Shown here piece after piece: positions 11,367 through 20,973 of a DNA stretch of 64,000 nucleotides. Made by a program: the position numbers and the translations under genes. Below the pieces are notes generated by a model, which did not search any database, had not been told where the DNA came from, and saw only the letters and a list, made by a program, of their open reading frames with translations. Origin of the DNA: Bacteroidales bacterium UBA4181 (GTDB lineage: Bacteria; Bacteroidota; Bacteroidia; Bacteroidales; UBA4181); assembly GCA_002380425.1 (NCBI GenBank), contig DFUR01000106.1, positions 28,517-92,516 of the forward strand, written 5' to 3'. The stretch's first letter is position 1. Each line of letters starts with the position of its first letter.

Positions 11367-12182
11367 TTACATATTTTGATCCAGATATTCCTGCAGATGC
11401 CTGTCATACCCTTCCATAATGCGACGCAAAACAGGATGGCGGACATCAAAATGATACCTGCCAGCCTGTGCCACGGGCAGCACCTTGGGTGAAGTTCCGG
11501 TAAGAAAAGCAGCCTCGCATGCATCCAGTTCCTCTGGAGTGATGAGTTGTTCCCTGACAGGAATTTCCCAAAGGGTACACACCCGGATGACCTGCATGCG
11601 GGTAATTCCCCCCAATACTGAGGAAAGGGGAGCCGTAAGGGCACAACCATCACGAATCACAAAGAAGTTGGAGCGGCTTCCTTCGGTGATGTATCCACTT
11701 GGATGAACAAGTAATACTTCGTAGAGGCCCTCCGAAGCAATAAGCTGGTCGGCGCGCTCACGAAGCCCGGCCTGAACAATCTTGGCGTTGGGTCTGATGC
11801 GTTCCGCTGCAAGCAATCCCACCTTCACTCCGTGCAGATATTCTGCCGGAGAAGGATAATGATGGGGCACAAAAAAAGCATAGTAATCCGAATGCGGTGA
11901 AAACCGGAACTCGATACGGATATTGCCTTCCCAACACTGAGATGCCCGGATAAGATCACGCAGTTGCCGGGCAAGATCCGGCCCTGATACTGTGAGTGGT
12001 TGACCGGCCAAAACAGCCGAGGCATACAAGCGATCCAGATGGTCCTCCAGGAATAGCACCCGGCCCTGCATCACCCGTACCACCTCGTATATCACTGTTT
12101 GCTCCGGAGAAACGACCGGAGGAACAGTTGCACCTACCTCAATATTACCCTGATGAATACAGATTTGTGCGGGGGAAATCAT
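11367..12182 (-). CDS. Class IV PLP aminotransferase (BCAT/ADC-lyase-like)
   Basis: YEVVR, HLDRL, NAK (PLP Lys), ITEGSRSNFF, LGGITR and FLTGTS motifs. Confidence 0.85.
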   Translation of the reverse strand: MISPAQICIHQGNIEVGATVPPVVSPEQTVIYEVVRVMQGRVLFLEDHLDRLYASAVLAGQPLTVSGPDLARQLRDLIRASQCWEGNIRIEFRFSPHSDYYAFFVPHHYPSPAEYLHGVKVGLLAAERIRPNAKIVQAGLRERADQLIASEGLYEVLLVHPSGYITEGSRSNFFVIRDGCALTAPLSSVLGGITRMQVIRVCTLWEIPVREQLITPEELDACEAAFLTGTSPKVLPVAQAGRYHFDVRHPVLRRIMEGYDRHLQEYLDQNM

Positions 12183-12187
12183 CCGGC

Positions 12188-13114
12188 TTATTTCTCTTTC
12201 TTTTTTCGTCCGAACAGGGACAGATGGACATAATCCTCGGGATTGTTCTTCAGATCGGCCAGCAGGGAGTCCAAACGGGCCAGCGTCGCATCGAGGGTAG
12301 TGTATAACGAAGGATCGTAAGCAAGCCGCCCCAGGGTTCCTTCGCCCTTGTTGATCTGGCGAGTGAGGATCTGAAGTTGCTCCATAGTTTGATGAATCCC
12401 CGAAATGGCAGGTTTGAGGTCCGAAGTAGCCAAAGAATCAGAAAAAACCGCAAGATTCCCGGCAATGCGGCTAATCTGCTGATTGTTCTCTTGAAGATTT
12501 CCGGCAAAAGATTCCAGACTGGAAAGAATCTGGCTGATCCGGACTCGTTCCCCGGCAATCAGCGTGTGCGCCTCAGAAACCACGCCCTGCAGGTCCTTGC
12601 GCATTTCAGGGCTGAGGGTTTCACGGACATCACCCAGCAGAGAGTCCAGCGACCCTACAAGCACCGAAACATCTTCGGCCAAAGGAAGAATGCTGGCCCG
12701 CAGTGCCGTGAGAACATCCTGTTCCAAGGCAGAGCGAAGAGTGTCACCTGGGGCAGCCGGAACCTTCGAATCCCCGGGAATCAGACGCACGCCCTTACCT
12801 CCCATGAAATCGGTGTTATAAATTTCCAACACAGAATTTGACGGAACCGTAAAATCACGTTTAATCGATACTTCCACCAATACCCGGTTGATATCCTGAT
12901 CCATAAAATGAATATCGGTAATCAGGCCCATATCCATCCCGTTGACCGTCACACGAGTGGAATTCTGCAGCCCGGAGACATCTCCAAATACAGCGTAATA
13001 CTGATTGCGCACAGAAATCAGGCTGGTACCCTTCAAGAAGTTGAGTCCCCAGACAAACATGGCCAGAATAACCACAACGGCCACTCCAATCCGGGTTTCT
13101 TTGTTGATTTTCAT
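12188..13114 (-). CDS. MlaD/MCE family protein
   Basis: N-terminal TM (KETRIG...WGLNFLKG), MCE domain, coiled-coil tail GTLGRL...DLKNNP; ATG at 13114. Confidence 0.88.
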   Translation of the reverse strand: MKINKETRIGVAVVVILAMFVWGLNFLKGTSLISVRNQYYAVFGDVSGLQNSTRVTVNGMDMGLITDIHFMDQDINRVLVEVSIKRDFTVPSNSVLEIYNTDFMGGKGVRLIPGDSKVPAAPGDTLRSALEQDVLTALRASILPLAEDVSVLVGSLDSLLGDVRETLSPEMRKDLQGVVSEAHTLIAGERVRISQILSSLESFAGNLQENNQQISRIAGNLAVFSDSLATSDLKPAISGIHQTMEQLQILTRQINKGEGTLGRLAYDPSLYTTLDATLARLDSLLADLKNNPEDYVHLSLFGRKKKEK

Positions 13115-13135
13115 AAGGAATTCTCTACAATGCCG

Positions 13136-13143
13136 CAAATTTA
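13136..13143 (-). promoter_or_regulatory. -7 promoter box TAAATTTG overlapping the amidase stop codon, upstream of the MCE gene
   Basis: CAAATTTA on + strand, about 22 nt upstream of ATG 13114. Confidence 0.5.
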
Positions 13144-14382
13144 CGGCTTTAATTCTTTTAATGCGTCATTGACGGGGATAATTTTCCCCTCCTTCATGGC
13201 AAACACAAAGGCATCCGGGAAGAGGGTGCGCACCCTTCTCTGTTCCTGAAGTGCCCCCTGGTAGTCCCTTGTCTTGAGCACCACATATTTGTACAAAGTC
13301 GCTGACATACGAATTTCCTCCACACCGGACAGATTTTTGAACCGGGAGGGCTGCAGGGGAATGGGTTTGGGTGAGGCCATAATCTGCACATAGAACCAAA
13401 TCCCGGACGTTGCCACAGCCGCTTCAGAGGATTTTTCCGGAACAGTGGGTGCAGAGACATCCGAAGGAGCAGACACCCGGGCAACAGGGGACACTTCTGA
13501 AGAGGATGAAGATGCCGGTGCTGAATCCCGGGACATAGACGAAGCCGGGGCGGTTGTCCCGGTTTGCGTGGCACTCCGTCCGGGCACAAAAACACTCCGG
13601 CTGTCCACCTGTGCCTTGTATCTCTTGAAAGCCACATAAATGGCGCCTGCCAGTTGATCCTGCCCATTCTGCGAGATCAGATAGCGTTCCTCGGAAGGGT
13701 TGGAGATAAACCCAAGCTCCACCAGAATGGCAGGCATGGTCGTTCTCCAAAGCACCAGCAGTCCCCCTTGTTTGACGCCCCTGTCTGTCCGGTTCAACGA
13801 ACGGAAGGACTCCTGAACCATCGAAGCCAGTTCCACGCTTTGCTGCAGATAGGCATTCTGCATCATGGAAAACATAATATAGGATGCCGGGGAATTGGGA
13901 TCGAAGCCCTGATACCGGGTGGAATAGTCGTCTTCGAGCAAAATCACGGCATTTTCACTCTGGACCAGTTCCATGTGGGCAGCAGATTTTGCCGTACCCA
14001 TCACCCATGTTTCCGTTCCGGTGGCCGAAGAACCACTCTTGGCGGCATTCACATGAATGGAAATGAACAAATCGGCATTATGGTTATTGGCAAACTCCGG
14101 ACGGTCATACAGGGCAACCTTCTTGTCGTTCGACCGGGTATACAATACCCGAACCTCTGGATGATGCTTACGGATCAGCTCCCCAAGCTTCAGCGACACT
14201 GCCAGAGTGATGTCTTTTTCTCTGTTCCTCGGGGAAACCGCCCCCGGGTCTGACCCTCCGTGCCCCGGGTCAATCACAACCGTGGCAATCCCTGCCGTGG
14301 ACTGGGACAGCAACAAGGAAAAGGGGAACAGGCAAAAAATCAGCAGCAGGGAAAAATACAGAAGCGGACGGTCGGACTTCAT
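13141..14382 (-). CDS. N-acetylmuramoyl-L-alanine amidase (Amidase_3) with Ser/Ala/Pro linker and C-terminal SPOR-like domain
   Basis: IDPGHGG.DPG, EK, SIHVNA and LVELGFISN motifs; signal peptide. Confidence 0.92.
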   Translation of the reverse strand: MKSDRPLLYFSLLLIFCLFPFSLLLSQSTAGIATVVIDPGHGGSDPGAVSPRNREKDITLAVSLKLGELIRKHHPEVRVLYTRSNDKKVALYDRPEFANNHNADLFISIHVNAAKSGSSATGTETWVMGTAKSAAHMELVQSENAVILLEDDYSTRYQGFDPNSPASYIMFSMMQNAYLQQSVELASMVQESFRSLNRTDRGVKQGGLLVLWRTTMPAILVELGFISNPSEERYLISQNGQDQLAGAIYVAFKRYKAQVDSRSVFVPGRSATQTGTTAPASSMSRDSAPASSSSSEVSPVARVSAPSDVSAPTVPEKSSEAAVATSGIWFYVQIMASPKPIPLQPSRFKNLSGVEEIRMSATLYKYVVLKTRDYQGALQEQRRVRTLFPDAFVFAMKEGKIIPVNDALKELKP

Positions 14383-14393
14383 GGAGGTTTGAT

Positions 14394-14401
14394 TACTTTT
14401 G
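14394..14401 (+). promoter_or_regulatory. -7 box TACTTTTG upstream of lptD
   Basis: Exact TAnnTTTG match about 45 nt before TTG 14446. Confidence 0.55.
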
Positions 14402-14427
14402 TGGGGTCAGGAAACAACCGTATTGCG

Positions 14428-14435
14428 CAAAAATA
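14428..14435 (-). promoter_or_regulatory. -7 box TATTTTTG upstream of the amidase gene
   Basis: CAAAAATA on + strand, about 46 nt before ATG 14382. Confidence 0.55.
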
Positions 14436-14445
14436 GACATATATC

Positions 14446-17136
14446 TTGTATTTGAGAACCGCAAAATATCTTTTTATTTTCCTCACGATAGGCATCACTC
14501 CATTACAGGGTGCATGGTTTGCTGACGGCGGGACTCAGCCTGAAGGGGCTTACCCAGCCCTGTTGTCCCTTGAGGATTCTGCCTACACCGTTCATTCCGA
14601 TTCTCTTGCCCTGAAGGCTGTTGCGGCTCAGGGAGATTCCGCTGCCCTAAAAGCCCAGGAACCCTTGTTTGAGCGTAAGATGAAGGACACGCTGGAATAT
14701 CCCATCCACTACAAGGCATCCGATTCCATTTCCTTTTCCCAGTCTGAACAATTCGGAAGGTTTTACAGGGATGGCTCTATTGAATATGGCACCATGACCC
14801 TGACGGCGGACACCATCCATCTGGACATGCAAACCAGCACAGTATTCGCCTGGGCCGGAGCAGACAGCGCAGGGGGTGTGTACGGAGCACCCAAATTCTC
14901 CCAGGGCTCCGAAACCTTCGACACCCGCAAAATGTCCTATAATTTCGGCACCCGCAGGGGAGTGATCCAAAACATCACCAGCACCCAGGGGGAGGCCGTA
15001 ATCCACGCCGAGCAAGCCAAGCGTTTTGAAACGGGTCATGTCCACATGATCAACGGGCAACTCACCACCTGCACCGCTGAATGCCCCCACTTTTACCTGC
15101 ACACCAACAAGGTGAAGGTGATGCCCGAAAACAAGATTATTTTCGGATTCTCCCACCTGGTTCTCGAGGAGGTTCCCCTACCCGTCTTCCTGCCTTTCGG
15201 CTTGATTCCGAACACAAAGAAGAAGGCTGTGGATGGATTGATTCCTCCCGGTTTCGGGGTTGAGAGCACACGGGGAATGTACCTCACCGATGGCGGCTAT
15301 TACTTTGAATACAACGACCAGATTGACGGGACCATCACCGCAGACATCTATACTCAGGGGACATGGGGGCTCAAACTCAATACCCGCTACAATGTCCGGT
15401 ATCGTTACAACGGATCGGCCGACATACGCTACTACACCAATGTAACCGGAGAGAAAGGCATCAACCGGACCAAGAGCAAACAGTACTCCATCAGCATCTC
15501 TCACAACCAGGATCCCAAGGCCAATCCTTACCGGACCTTCTCGGCGAGTATCAATTACAGCACCACGGAGTATGACAAAACCTTCAACTATACCAACTCC
15601 AGGGCTCTGTTCACAACCACCAAAACCTCCAGCATCTCTTACCGGAAGAGCTGGCCAAATTCTCCCTTCAGGCTCACTGCGAACCTGAACCACAACCAGA
15701 GTTCCACCGATGAGATCATGCATCTGTCTCTGCCCGTGATGTCCTTCACCATGGACAAGCAATATCCCTTCCGCAGAAAGGAAGCCGTTGGTAAAACCCG
15801 ATGGTACGAAGACTTTGGCATCACCTACTCGGCAAACCTATTGAACACCATTGCAGCGAAGGAGAATGAACTATTCAGCAGCCAATCCATCAGTAAGATG
15901 AACTCCGGGTTCTCCCACTCCATTCCTCTGTCCCTGAATCTCAAAGTGCTTCGGTTTATCAACATCAACCCTTCCGTGAATTACAAGGGCGTCCTGTACT
16001 CCCGGAAGATTCACCGCTGGTACGACGCTGATTACGTGCATCCGCTGACCGGAGCCAACGGCCGGGTAGTAACCGACACCATCAAGGGCCTCGTGTACGG
16101 CCACTCAGCAAGCCCGTCGCTGACCATTTCGGCCATGCCCAAGTTTTACCTGACCCTTACTTCCCGGAAAGCATCGGCCCACTTCCATGCACTCAGATAC
16201 GTTCTGTCGCCGGCCGTATCCTTCAATTTCATCCCGGACATGAAAGGGGTCATGCCCAATTACTATGAAACCTACACCGATGCAAACGGACGAGAGATAC
16301 GCTACTCCATATTTGAGAACGGAGCCTACGGCACCCCCAGTCTGCCCGGACGAAGCGGAACAATTTCCATAGGAGTGAACAACAACCTGGAACTCAAGAT
16401 CAAGGACACCAAGGCCGATTCCACGGGCACCCGAAAAGTCAAGGTGTTTGAACGGCTTAACTTTTCCACGGGATACAATGTCTTTGCCGACTCCATGAAC
16501 TGGTCCATGATCTCGTTCAATGCCGGGATCAATCTGTTGCCCAAACTGAGTTTCGACTTCCGGGGCACCCTCGACCCCTACGCCCTGGACAAGAACGGAA
16601 ACCGAAACAACACCACGGAATGGAAGGCCAACGGGCGCATCGGGCGACTTACCAACCTGGGTTTCAGCACCAGTTATCAGTTTGGTTCACTTGCCGGAGG
16701 TGGTGGACCCACACAGGGGGAACAGGGCCAAAGTTCCGAACCGGTCCAGCCATCATCACCTGCCCAGTCTGACAAGAAACCATTCAGTTATTTTCACGTA
16801 CCGTGGTCTGTGAGTATTGGCTACGACTTTAGCTATTCCAAACCCCGGCTCAGATCTTCCATCATGCAGACCATCACCCTCACAGGAAACATTGCCCCCA
16901 CCCCCAAATGGCAGGTTAACTTTTCCTCGGGCTATGATATTAAAGCCAAAGAAATCACGCACACCAGCATGAGTATCACCCGAGATTTGCACTGCTGGCA
17001 GATGAGCATTCATTTCTCGCCCTTCGGAGCGTACAAATTCTATATGTTTCAAATCAATGTCAGGGCCTCTATTCTTCAGGATCTCAAATACGAGACCCGC
17101 AAAGACAGAAGGGATTTTACCGACTGGAATATGTAA
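14446..17136 (+). CDS. lptD: Putative LPS-assembly outer-membrane protein LptD (Bacteroidota type)
   Basis: OstA-like N-terminal region, TTC...CPHFY motif, beta-barrel character, C-terminal RDLHCW...LQDLK; divergent from amidase. Confidence 0.85.
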   Translation: MYLRTAKYLFIFLTIGITPLQGAWFADGGTQPEGAYPALLSLEDSAYTVHSDSLALKAVAAQGDSAALKAQEPLFERKMKDTLEYPIHYKASDSISFSQSEQFGRFYRDGSIEYGTMTLTADTIHLDMQTSTVFAWAGADSAGGVYGAPKFSQGSETFDTRKMSYNFGTRRGVIQNITSTQGEAVIHAEQAKRFETGHVHMINGQLTTCTAECPHFYLHTNKVKVMPENKIIFGFSHLVLEEVPLPVFLPFGLIPNTKKKAVDGLIPPGFGVESTRGMYLTDGGYYFEYNDQIDGTITADIYTQGTWGLKLNTRYNVRYRYNGSADIRYYTNVTGEKGINRTKSKQYSISISHNQDPKANPYRTFSASINYSTTEYDKTFNYTNSRALFTTTKTSSISYRKSWPNSPFRLTANLNHNQSSTDEIMHLSLPVMSFTMDKQYPFRRKEAVGKTRWYEDFGITYSANLLNTIAAKENELFSSQSISKMNSGFSHSIPLSLNLKVLRFININPSVNYKGVLYSRKIHRWYDADYVHPLTGANGRVVTDTIKGLVYGHSASPSLTISAMPKFYLTLTSRKASAHFHALRYVLSPAVSFNFIPDMKGVMPNYYETYTDANGREIRYSIFENGAYGTPSLPGRSGTISIGVNNNLELKIKDTKADSTGTRKVKVFERLNFSTGYNVFADSMNWSMISFNAGINLLPKLSFDFRGTLDPYALDKNGNRNNTTEWKANGRIGRLTNLGFSTSYQFGSLAGGGGPTQGEQGQSSEPVQPSSPAQSDKKPFSYFHVPWSVSIGYDFSYSKPRLRSSIMQTITLTGNIAPTPKWQVNFSSGYDIKAKEITHTSMSITRDLHCWQMSIHFSPFGAYKFYMFQINVRASILQDLKYETRKDRRDFTDWNM

Positions 17137-17154
17137 TCATTTACCCTTACCAGA

Positions 17155-17535
17155 ATGAGCAAGAATATCATTGAGTGTACCGGTTCCCCGGCAGCCATTG
17201 GTCCATACAGCCAGGCCGTCCAATGCAATGGCATGTTATTCGTTTCCGGCCAGGTACCCATAGACGTCTCCACAGGAAAACTCGTTGAGGGAGGCATCAG
17301 AGAGCAGACCGCACAAGTGCTTCGCAACATCGGAGCCATCCTCCGGGAGGCTGGATACGACTATCCGGATGTGGTCAAGACCACCTGCCTGTTGTCAGAC
17401 ATGGAACTCTTCAAAGAGATGAACGAAATCTATTCAGGATTTTTTCCTCAGGCTCCTCCTGCCCGCTGCACCTTTGCAGTCAGGCAACTGCCGTTGCAGG
17501 CACTGGTCGAGATTGAGGTGATCGCCGTCAGGTAA
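17155..17535 (+). CDS. ridA: RidA family enamine/imine deaminase
   Basis: PAAIGPYSQA, SGQVP, VVKTT, PPAR and LVEIEVIA motifs. Confidence 0.93.
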   Translation: MSKNIIECTGSPAAIGPYSQAVQCNGMLFVSGQVPIDVSTGKLVEGGIREQTAQVLRNIGAILREAGYDYPDVVKTTCLLSDMELFKEMNEIYSGFFPQAPPARCTFAVRQLPLQALVEIEVIAVR

Positions 17536-17550
17536 GGCAATTGGATGTGC

Positions 17551-18165
17551 TTATTCAAGCACCCCCAGACCCTGTCTGAGGATGATGGGGCTTTCCCCGG
17601 TACAATCCACAACCGTTGATGGTTCTGTTTGGCCATAACCGCCGTCAATAACCAGGTCCACCCGGTCGCCAAAACGTTCGTGAATCAATTCAGGATCGGT
17701 GAAATATTCCTTCGCTCCGTCTTCCTGATCCCAAAGGGATGTGGTCACCAAAGGCATTCCCAAAGCAGACACAATATCCCGGACAATAGGATTGTCAGGG
17801 ACACGGACTGCGATGGTTTTCTTTTTGGACAGAAAGATTTTGGGCACCTTATTGTTGGCCTCAAGCACAAAAGCAAAAGGCCCCGGAAGATTTCGCTTCA
17901 TCAGTTTGAACACCGGGTTGGGAACCGGACGGGCGAAGTCGGCCATCCGGCTCAGACTGTCACACAACAAGGCAAACTGTACTTTGTCGGGCTTCTGCCC
18001 CTTCATCAACGCCATTCGTTCCACAGCGCGGTGCTGCATCAGGGCACAACCCATTGCATAGACCGTATCGGTGGGATAGATCACCACCCCACCCTGCGAG
18101 AGTATCCCAACAACCTTTTGAATCGCCTTGTCATTGGGATTCTCGGGAAATATCTTCAGCAGCAT
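17551..18165 (-). CDS. Sua5/YciO/YrdC family (threonylcarbamoyl-AMP synthase-like)
   Basis: YPTDTVY, LPGPF, VRVPD, TTS, PSTVVD and RQG motifs. Confidence 0.9.
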   Translation of the reverse strand: MLLKIFPENPNDKAIQKVVGILSQGGVVIYPTDTVYAMGCALMQHRAVERMALMKGQKPDKVQFALLCDSLSRMADFARPVPNPVFKLMKRNLPGPFAFVLEANNKVPKIFLSKKKTIAVRVPDNPIVRDIVSALGMPLVTTSLWDQEDGAKEYFTDPELIHERFGDRVDLVIDGGYGQTEPSTVVDCTGESPIILRQGLGVLE

Positions 18166-18167
18166 AC

Positions 18168-19448
18168 TCAGGGAGTGATGAGACTCAGCCTGGCGTCCTG
18201 TGACGACCCACCCACAAAAAGCCGGGACTTCGAGGGTACTGCCGTCTCGAATACCACCACACGGGAAGCACCTGGTTCGAGACGAATCCGTTCAAAAGCA
18301 ACCAGACGTGGCTTGCCTTCATCCTCCCTGTACAACTGCACTACCTCCTCCCCGGCCAGGTCTCCCTCATTGGTGATGGTGACCGACAATTCTCCGGCGT
18401 TTGAAGCCTTGGTAAATTTCAGGGCAGAATAACCGAATCGGGTGAGGCTCAACCCGAAACCCGCAGGGTATAATGGCCCCGGAGTGGTGTACACCTGAAA
18501 CACCGGGTCAGGATTGTGGACAGAGGGGGCTGTGTCAGGCGTACGGGGAATATCGCAAGGCAGCCTTCCACCAGGGTTGTATGCGCCGAACAGGGCTTCG
18601 GTCAGGGCTGCTGCCCCATCCGCACCCGGGCTCCAGGCCACCAGAATCCCGGGGATACGGGTACTGGCATAATCCAGAGAAACCGGACGGGGGGCAACCA
18701 CAATCAGGATAATGTTCGGGGTCGCCTGATAAAGGGCGCGCAAGAGTTTTTCCTGGGGAACCGGGAGTTTTCCACCGGAAGCAGGGATCAAGGCAAGATC
18801 GTCTGTGCCCAGGCACAATACCGTCAGATCAACCTGCCTGGAGGCAGGAACCGCAGCCGAAATCAGGGCATTGGAGGAACGGGAGTCTTCCACCGGGTCA
18901 CATCCTTCGAAATGTCGGACCTCAACCCCCTGCTCCACCTGGGCCCGAATGAGTTCCAGCAAGGTCGGTCCGGCGGCACCGGACCATCCGGGCAAAGACC
19001 GATTGGCCATGGGGCCCATGACAGCAATGGTTTGTTTGAACTTTTTATGAATAGGAATGATCTGGTGGTGGTTGCGCAACATAATTACCGACTCCCGGGC
19101 CAGGCGGGCACGCATGGCAGCAGGATCCATCCCCTGATAAGCCGCAGGCACAGGGGCTCCACCCATCAGGTCCCGTTCCAGCAGGCTGTAATAATCCGGC
19201 AACATGAAAGGAACTGATGCTTTGAGTTCATCACCCATTTGGGAGGTGAACCCGCTGGTACTCAAGGTGGCGTTGAATGCCTGAAGCAATGGAGTATTCC
19301 AGCCGGAGACCAGAGCCAGTGGGGCGGGGACGGTGGCTCCGAACTCAGGTACCACCGGAGACGCTGGGCTCTGGGCCAAAGCGGTAGCCAAACAGGTGCA
19401 GCACATCAGGGTCGCAGCAAGGCGAGGGACTTGGGTTTTCCAATTCAT
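18168..19448 (-). CDS. GH3 C-terminal + FnIII-like domain protein lacking the GH3 N-terminal catalytic barrel
   Basis: ARESVIMLRN, IAVMGPMA, AW.PG..G..AL...LFG.YNPGGRLP, YPAGFGLS.T.F.Y and GEEVVQLY motifs; only about 90 aa between signal peptide and C-domain. Confidence 0.75.
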   Translation of the reverse strand: MNWKTQVPRLAATLMCCTCLATALAQSPASPVVPEFGATVPAPLALVSGWNTPLLQAFNATLSTSGFTSQMGDELKASVPFMLPDYYSLLERDLMGGAPVPAAYQGMDPAAMRARLARESVIMLRNHHQIIPIHKKFKQTIAVMGPMANRSLPGWSGAAGPTLLELIRAQVEQGVEVRHFEGCDPVEDSRSSNALISAAVPASRQVDLTVLCLGTDDLALIPASGGKLPVPQEKLLRALYQATPNIILIVVAPRPVSLDYASTRIPGILVAWSPGADGAAALTEALFGAYNPGGRLPCDIPRTPDTAPSVHNPDPVFQVYTTPGPLYPAGFGLSLTRFGYSALKFTKASNAGELSVTITNEGDLAGEEVVQLYREDEGKPRLVAFERIRLEPGASRVVVFETAVPSKSRLFVGGSSQDARLSLITP

Positions 19449-20188
19449 AGCAATGGAGTGATTCGTTTATGGTTCAAATATTGGGCTCGTTCCCCGGGGG
19501 AGAATTTTTCCAAAGCATAGCGCAACATGGTCCGGGGCATCACCGAGGCATACCGGTCCAAAAAACCTCTGAGCACATCCGGATCCCGCTTGCCAACCTC
19601 CCGCAACATCCACCCGGAAGCCTTGTGGATCAAGTCGTGTGGATGAGACAGCAAGGAGTGGGAAAACTTGAGCGTATCCTCAAAATCCCCATTTCGGATA
19701 AAGGTAAGGGTGGCAACTATGGCCGTCCTCTGCTCCCAAAGACTGGGAGAGCACAACAGCGTCCGCAAGAATGAGCGGTCCCGGTGAAGCAGGTAGCGTC
19801 CTGCAATATTCGGAGCGGTCAAATCAACCAGATCCCAGTTGTTGAGGCCCTCTCTGTGTTGCTGAAACCATTCAAACACCTCTCTCCGGCGAGCCTCATC
19901 CCGGGCTTTATCGTAAGCTTTAACCAAAGCCAGGTATCCACAAAGACGGCACTCATGGACCGGGTCGGAAACCAGGGGAAGCAAGGAGGAAAGAGGGTAG
20001 TCGTTCATCTGGCGCAGCACACTGCGGGTGTCCGGTACAGACACCCCGATAAACACATCCCCCGCTCCGTATTGTCCGGGACCGGTCTTAAAAAAGCGGG
20101 TCAGCACGGCTGCACGCTCAGGAGACGCCAGGGAATAAAGGGCCTCACGCGCCTGATCGGCAATAGTATGTGCAGACGAATGGTTCAT
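19445..20188 (-). CDS. DNA alkylation repair protein (AlkD-like)
   Basis: FFKTGPGQYG.GD.F.G, NNWDLVD, LIHKASGWMLRE.GKR and PRTMLRYALE motifs. Confidence 0.9.
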   Translation of the reverse strand: MNHSSAHTIADQAREALYSLASPERAAVLTRFFKTGPGQYGAGDVFIGVSVPDTRSVLRQMNDYPLSSLLPLVSDPVHECRLCGYLALVKAYDKARDEARRREVFEWFQQHREGLNNWDLVDLTAPNIAGRYLLHRDRSFLRTLLCSPSLWEQRTAIVATLTFIRNGDFEDTLKFSHSLLSHPHDLIHKASGWMLREVGKRDPDVLRGFLDRYASVMPRTMLRYALEKFSPGERAQYLNHKRITPLL

Positions 20189-20285
20189 AGTCACAAAAAT
20201 ACCTTAATTACTGAAGTTCCGCACAAACAGGCAGGAAAAGTGAACCTCAAAAATCGCCCTGAAAGGAAACTTTATCCAATTAATG

Positions 20286-20293
20286 TACTTTTG
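20286..20293 (+). promoter_or_regulatory. -7 box TACTTTTG upstream of the histidine phosphatase gene
   Basis: Exact TAnnTTTG match about 34 nt before ATG 20327. Confidence 0.6.
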
Positions 20294-20326
20294 CACCGCG
20301 ATTAAACGGCACTCAAATCAACATCA

Positions 20327-20971
20327 ATGACAACACTCTATATTACCCGCCACGGAGAAACTATCTGGAATACTGAGAAAAGAATGCAGGGACACCGGGA
20401 CTCAGACCTTTCGCCACTGGGGCTGCAACAGGCCGGTTGGATCGCAGACAGACTTCGAGACGTTTCCTTCGATGCGGCCTATTCCAGCCCGTGTAACCGG
20501 GCGTGGCAAACCGCTCTGGCCATTTGTAATACCCACAACATCCTTCCGGTGAAAGACCAGGGACTCATTGAGATCGGGCTGGGCCTTTGGGAAGGATGTC
20601 AGATTGACGATGTGGCCCGGAATTATCCCGAACAAAGCCGAAACTTCTGGGCAAAACCTTCGGCATACCAACCTACGGAGGGAGGAGAGCATTTTCAGCA
20701 GGTGTACCACAGGGTAACCCGTTGTGTGAAACATATTGTTCAAAAGCATCCGGAGCAGTCTGTCTTGCTGGTTTCTCATGCCGTGGTCCTGAAAACCTTG
20801 CTCTCATTCCTCGAGAACATCCCTATGGACGAGTACTGGACCTCCAGACCATTTCTGACACAGGGTTCCCTCACGGTTGCCGAATCGGAACAGGGGAAGT
20901 TCCGTCTGGTGTTGTTCAACGACGCGTCACACCACGGCTGGATCCGTCAGAGGGACCTGAACACCTGGTAG
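20327..20971 (+). CDS. Histidine phosphatase (phosphoglycerate mutase-like) family protein
   Basis: RHGET.WN, SSP..RA.QT, G.WEG and LVSH motifs. Confidence 0.9.
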   Translation: MTTLYITRHGETIWNTEKRMQGHRDSDLSPLGLQQAGWIADRLRDVSFDAAYSSPCNRAWQTALAICNTHNILPVKDQGLIEIGLGLWEGCQIDDVARNYPEQSRNFWAKPSAYQPTEGGEHFQQVYHRVTRCVKHIVQKHPEQSVLLVSHAVVLKTLLSFLENIPMDEYWTSRPFLTQGSLTVAESEQGKFRLVLFNDASHHGWIRQRDLNTW

Positions 20972-20973
20972 CC

